Shown here: one piece after another, positions 61,132-64,000 of the stretch | Layout of the letters: each line of letters starts with the position of its first letter | How positions within the stretch are numbered: the stretch's first letter is position 1 | Assembly: GCA_043228905.1 (NCBI GenBank) | Contig: JBHGNT010000097.1 | Location: 27,971 to 91,970 of the forward strand | Direction: 5' to 3' | Length of the DNA: 64,000 nucleotides | From: Azolla caroliniana | Lineage: Eukaryota > Plantae > Polypodiophyta | Made by a program: the position numbers and the translations under genes | The notes under the pieces: model-generated | Database searches by the model: none | The model's input: the letters and a program-made list of their open reading frames with translations, nothing else | Told to the model about the DNA's origin: nothing

Positions 61132-62281
61132 GAGCGGCCGTAAGACGGCCTGTGGGTACCGGCAGATTGCGGCCAATCTCAGTACTATCGGGGCGCCTTA
61201 TGTTATGCTGCTGGAGCGTGGAACCCATCACTACCTCGTAAGAGCGTGAGACTATAGCATGTTACAAAAGCGCGGTTGGGGGCTAGGAGGTGAAGGGCAC
61301 CGCGCGAACTCTTCTATAGTGTCACACGAGAGAAGCCCGCCCGCCTGGCGAATCGAAGTTCCAGTCAACTGGCCACCTGGTTAACCTGTGCCACAAGCAA
61401 GCACAGTGGAAACGCGTTGGTGTGCTTCCTGCCTGTCGAGATTAAGCAGCGACAAGGTCTAGATTGGAGGAGCTGGAAACAGCTGCATGAAAGCCGATTA
61501 CTCAACTCAACCCCTTGCTTGGCTTGGGGACAATTAACGAAACGATATCCCGAGACACCAAAACCATAGGCTGTATCGGCGAGATCCAACGGTGAGCTAG
61601 ATCCCCGGCTGGAAGTCATAGGACCTTTAGTACCCACTGCCGCATTCCGTGCGTGCCACTTCGGCCTTTATGTTACAAGCCGGCAAGAAGAGCGGCTCGA
61701 AAACCTGCCTGAAGGCGGGGAAGTGGGGCACAGCAAACGCTCCTTCACCTCATTCCGTTCAGGAAAGGGATAACCAGGAGCGCGCCGCGCGGGTCTTTGA
61801 CCCCGAACAAAGCCTTTGGCCTTTGCTCGCGGAGCGAACTAACAAATTTCATTCTTTCAAGGAAACCTGCCGGATGGTAGTACGCCATCTTCACCTGCGG
61901 CGGAGAAAACCAAAGAAAGCGCCTTGTTCTCTTCTCGGCCTGAGAAAGCACTGGCAACAACGGAAAGGAAGGGGTCTATCTATCTAATACCTGCTTTTAC
62001 TGAGCAGGTTTTATCCGTCCAAAATCCACTGCCGAATTAATTCCCGGTGACCTTATCCGACAGCGTGTGGAATGGCTGAAAGCGGCGGCGGACTCTCGGG
62101 TATATCTAATCCAAGTGTTGTAGGGTTAGAGAGCCGTATGATGGGCGACTATCACGTACGGTTCGGGGAGCACTGTAGTAGGTCATTCGGGAATTCTCTG
62201 AACTCTTCGCTAGGCAAACAGCGAGTGAACGACAGCTTTCTTTGCTGCACGGCTCGGTTAATGATTTACTTTCGACCCTAT
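61132..62281 (+). other. Group II intron nad2i709g2
   Basis: 5' GAGCGGCCG; domain V gagagccgtatgatgggcgactatcacgtacggttc at about 62129; ends cctAT. Confidence 0.9.
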
Positions 62282-62854
62282 ATGTGTGGGCACCTGATGT
62301 ATACGAGGGTTTACCTACTCTGGTTACAGCATTTTTTCCCATTGCACCTAAAATATCTATTCCTGCCAATATGTTATGTGTTTCTCCCTATAGTTTCCAC
62401 GATCTAACATGGTAACAACTCTTCCTTTTCTGCAGCATCGCTTTCATGATCCTAGGAGCACTGGCCGCTATGGCCTAAAAAGAAGTAAAAAGACTTTCAG
62501 CTTATAGCTCTATTGGACATGTAGGTTATCTTTCAATCGGTTTTTCACGTGGAATCACAGAAGGAATTTAATCACCACTAATTGGTATCTCTATTCATAT
62601 ATCAATGATCATTAATGTATTCGCTACAGTTTTAGCATTACGTTAAACCTGTGTCAAATATATAGCGGATTCAGGCGCTTTAGCCAAAACTAATCTTATT
62701 TCAGCTATTACTCCGTCCGTTACTATGTTTCTATACGCAGGAATACTCCCGTTAGCCGGCTTTCGTAGCAAATTCCATTTGTTCTTTGCCGCCCTGAGCT
62801 GTGGGGCTTATTTACTAGCTTTAATAGGGGTAGTTACTAGTGTCATCAGTCGTT
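62282..62854 (+). CDS. nad2: NADH dehydrogenase subunit 2, exon 4 (573 nt)
   Basis: H.WAPDVYEG.PT.VTAFF.IAPKIS...GALAAMA(Q)K.VKRL.AYSSIGHVGY...YAGI.PLAGF.SKF...GVVTSVIS. Confidence 0.93.
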
Positions 62855-64000
62855 GGGCGGCCGGAAGGGGTTGCCTAGAGTCAGTGTAAGAGACCTGCAG
62901 GCAGGCAGGGTCGTGCACCGGACGCGTAGCTTACCAAAACGTCGCAGGACAGATGGAGAGAACGCATCTACGAAAGGGCAAGTGAGGGGGTGCCGCTAGG
63001 ATCTCATGAACCTACCCAAGATCCTTGTATGAGTCCGCCGCTATCACTACACGAGATGAACCTAAGTTGCCGTAAATCAAAGTATCCTTCAGTGTGATGA
63101 GACTCCCAGCCAGTTACAGCGCGCGATTGCTGAAGTGCCCCCTGCCGGTGATCAGAACAACGCAAGCCGGACGAAGACAGACGGAGCAGATTACCCATAT
63201 CACTGCTGCTGGGGACAGGGAACAAATCGGCATCTCGATATGATAATACAGCCCTTAGGGAATAACGGCGAAGTCCATCCAAGAGGAACAATTCGTCTTA
63301 GAAAGCGGCGAAGCGCAGAAAAGGCGTTCATCATGAAGGCCTTCATGATGAACCGGCGCGCGCGCGCGCCTTCATGCATGATGATGAAAACCGCTTCGCG
63401 CCCGCCCTACAGGCCTTATTCGTTCGTTCGTTGGCCAAGTTAATCAAGTTCGAGAGAAGAAGTGAAGCTGGCCAAGCGACAGTGTTTTCTGGCAGGTCTC
63501 CGGGAGTGCTTGCAAGGAAGAGTGCGCAAAGAAAAGATTGAAAGCGGCGTTGCTATATATAGGTAGATAGATATAGATACATCCATCTATCTATACGTAT
63601 CTGTTTCTTTTTCTACCAATTGTATAGAAATGTTCCTCTCCTGATTATTTACTGCGCTCTTCCCATAGCGGGCTCTGCGATGGACGGCAGAAGGTCCATA
63701 GTACCCGCCTACCTAAAAGGAACCCCTTTGTCTTGGTTTCATTTAGGGGAAAGCACTGAGTGATCCGGTAGCCGGGAAGGGGCCTAAATAGTAAAAGCCT
63801 TGGTGAATTAGACTCTACGTATTCACTCTGCTTAACCCCCTTTTGTTGGATCCATTGGATGCGTCTGACAGAGTTCAGACAGGGGATTCGATCCTTGTGA
63901 ATCTTTGGATGCATAGCTTTTTGAACAGGGCCGCAGGTGGTCTGAAGGAGATCAAACAGGGGAGGATAAGCAGGCTCGCCCCTTCCCTCGGTATCCCTCC
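62855..64000 (+). other. Group II intron nad2i1282g2, 5' part (domain V and exon 5 not within the window)
   Basis: Begins GGGCGGCCG at cumulative CDS position 1282. Confidence 0.8.

Overview
This window is plant mitochondrial DNA, almost certainly from a (leptosporangiate) fern. It carries the fern-diagnostic group II introns atp1i361g2 and rps1i25g2, and its genes need very dense C-to-U and reverse U-to-C RNA editing (ACG starts, CGA/CAA stops, dozens of in-frame TAA/TAG/TGA at Gln/Arg positions). For that reason the ORF track misses nearly all real genes. Genes recovered by manual translation: nad4L, atp1 (two exons on opposite strands), rps11, rps13, rpl6, cox3, rps1, rrnS, atp9, nad9, cox2, nad7 (exons 2-4, exon 1 absent), nad2 (exons 1-4) and 16 tRNA gene copies. 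Accessory DNA includes a decayed linear-plasmid B-type DNA polymerase, plastid-derived pieces (trnM, accD, rpoC1, atpA, trnS-GGA, psbD), a probable LINE remnant, large direct and inverted repeats, many 4-6-mer microsatellite arrays and small ATGAA/TTCAT palindromes. Most notable: atp1 is split inside atp1i361g2 by a 41-bp inverted repeat whose recombination would restore the cis gene; nad7 starts inside intron 1; rpl6 and rps13 are one continuous frame separated only by editable codons; and a repeated nad2 leader is fused in frame to cox2. All editing statements are inferred from protein homology recalled from knowledge, not from cDNA.
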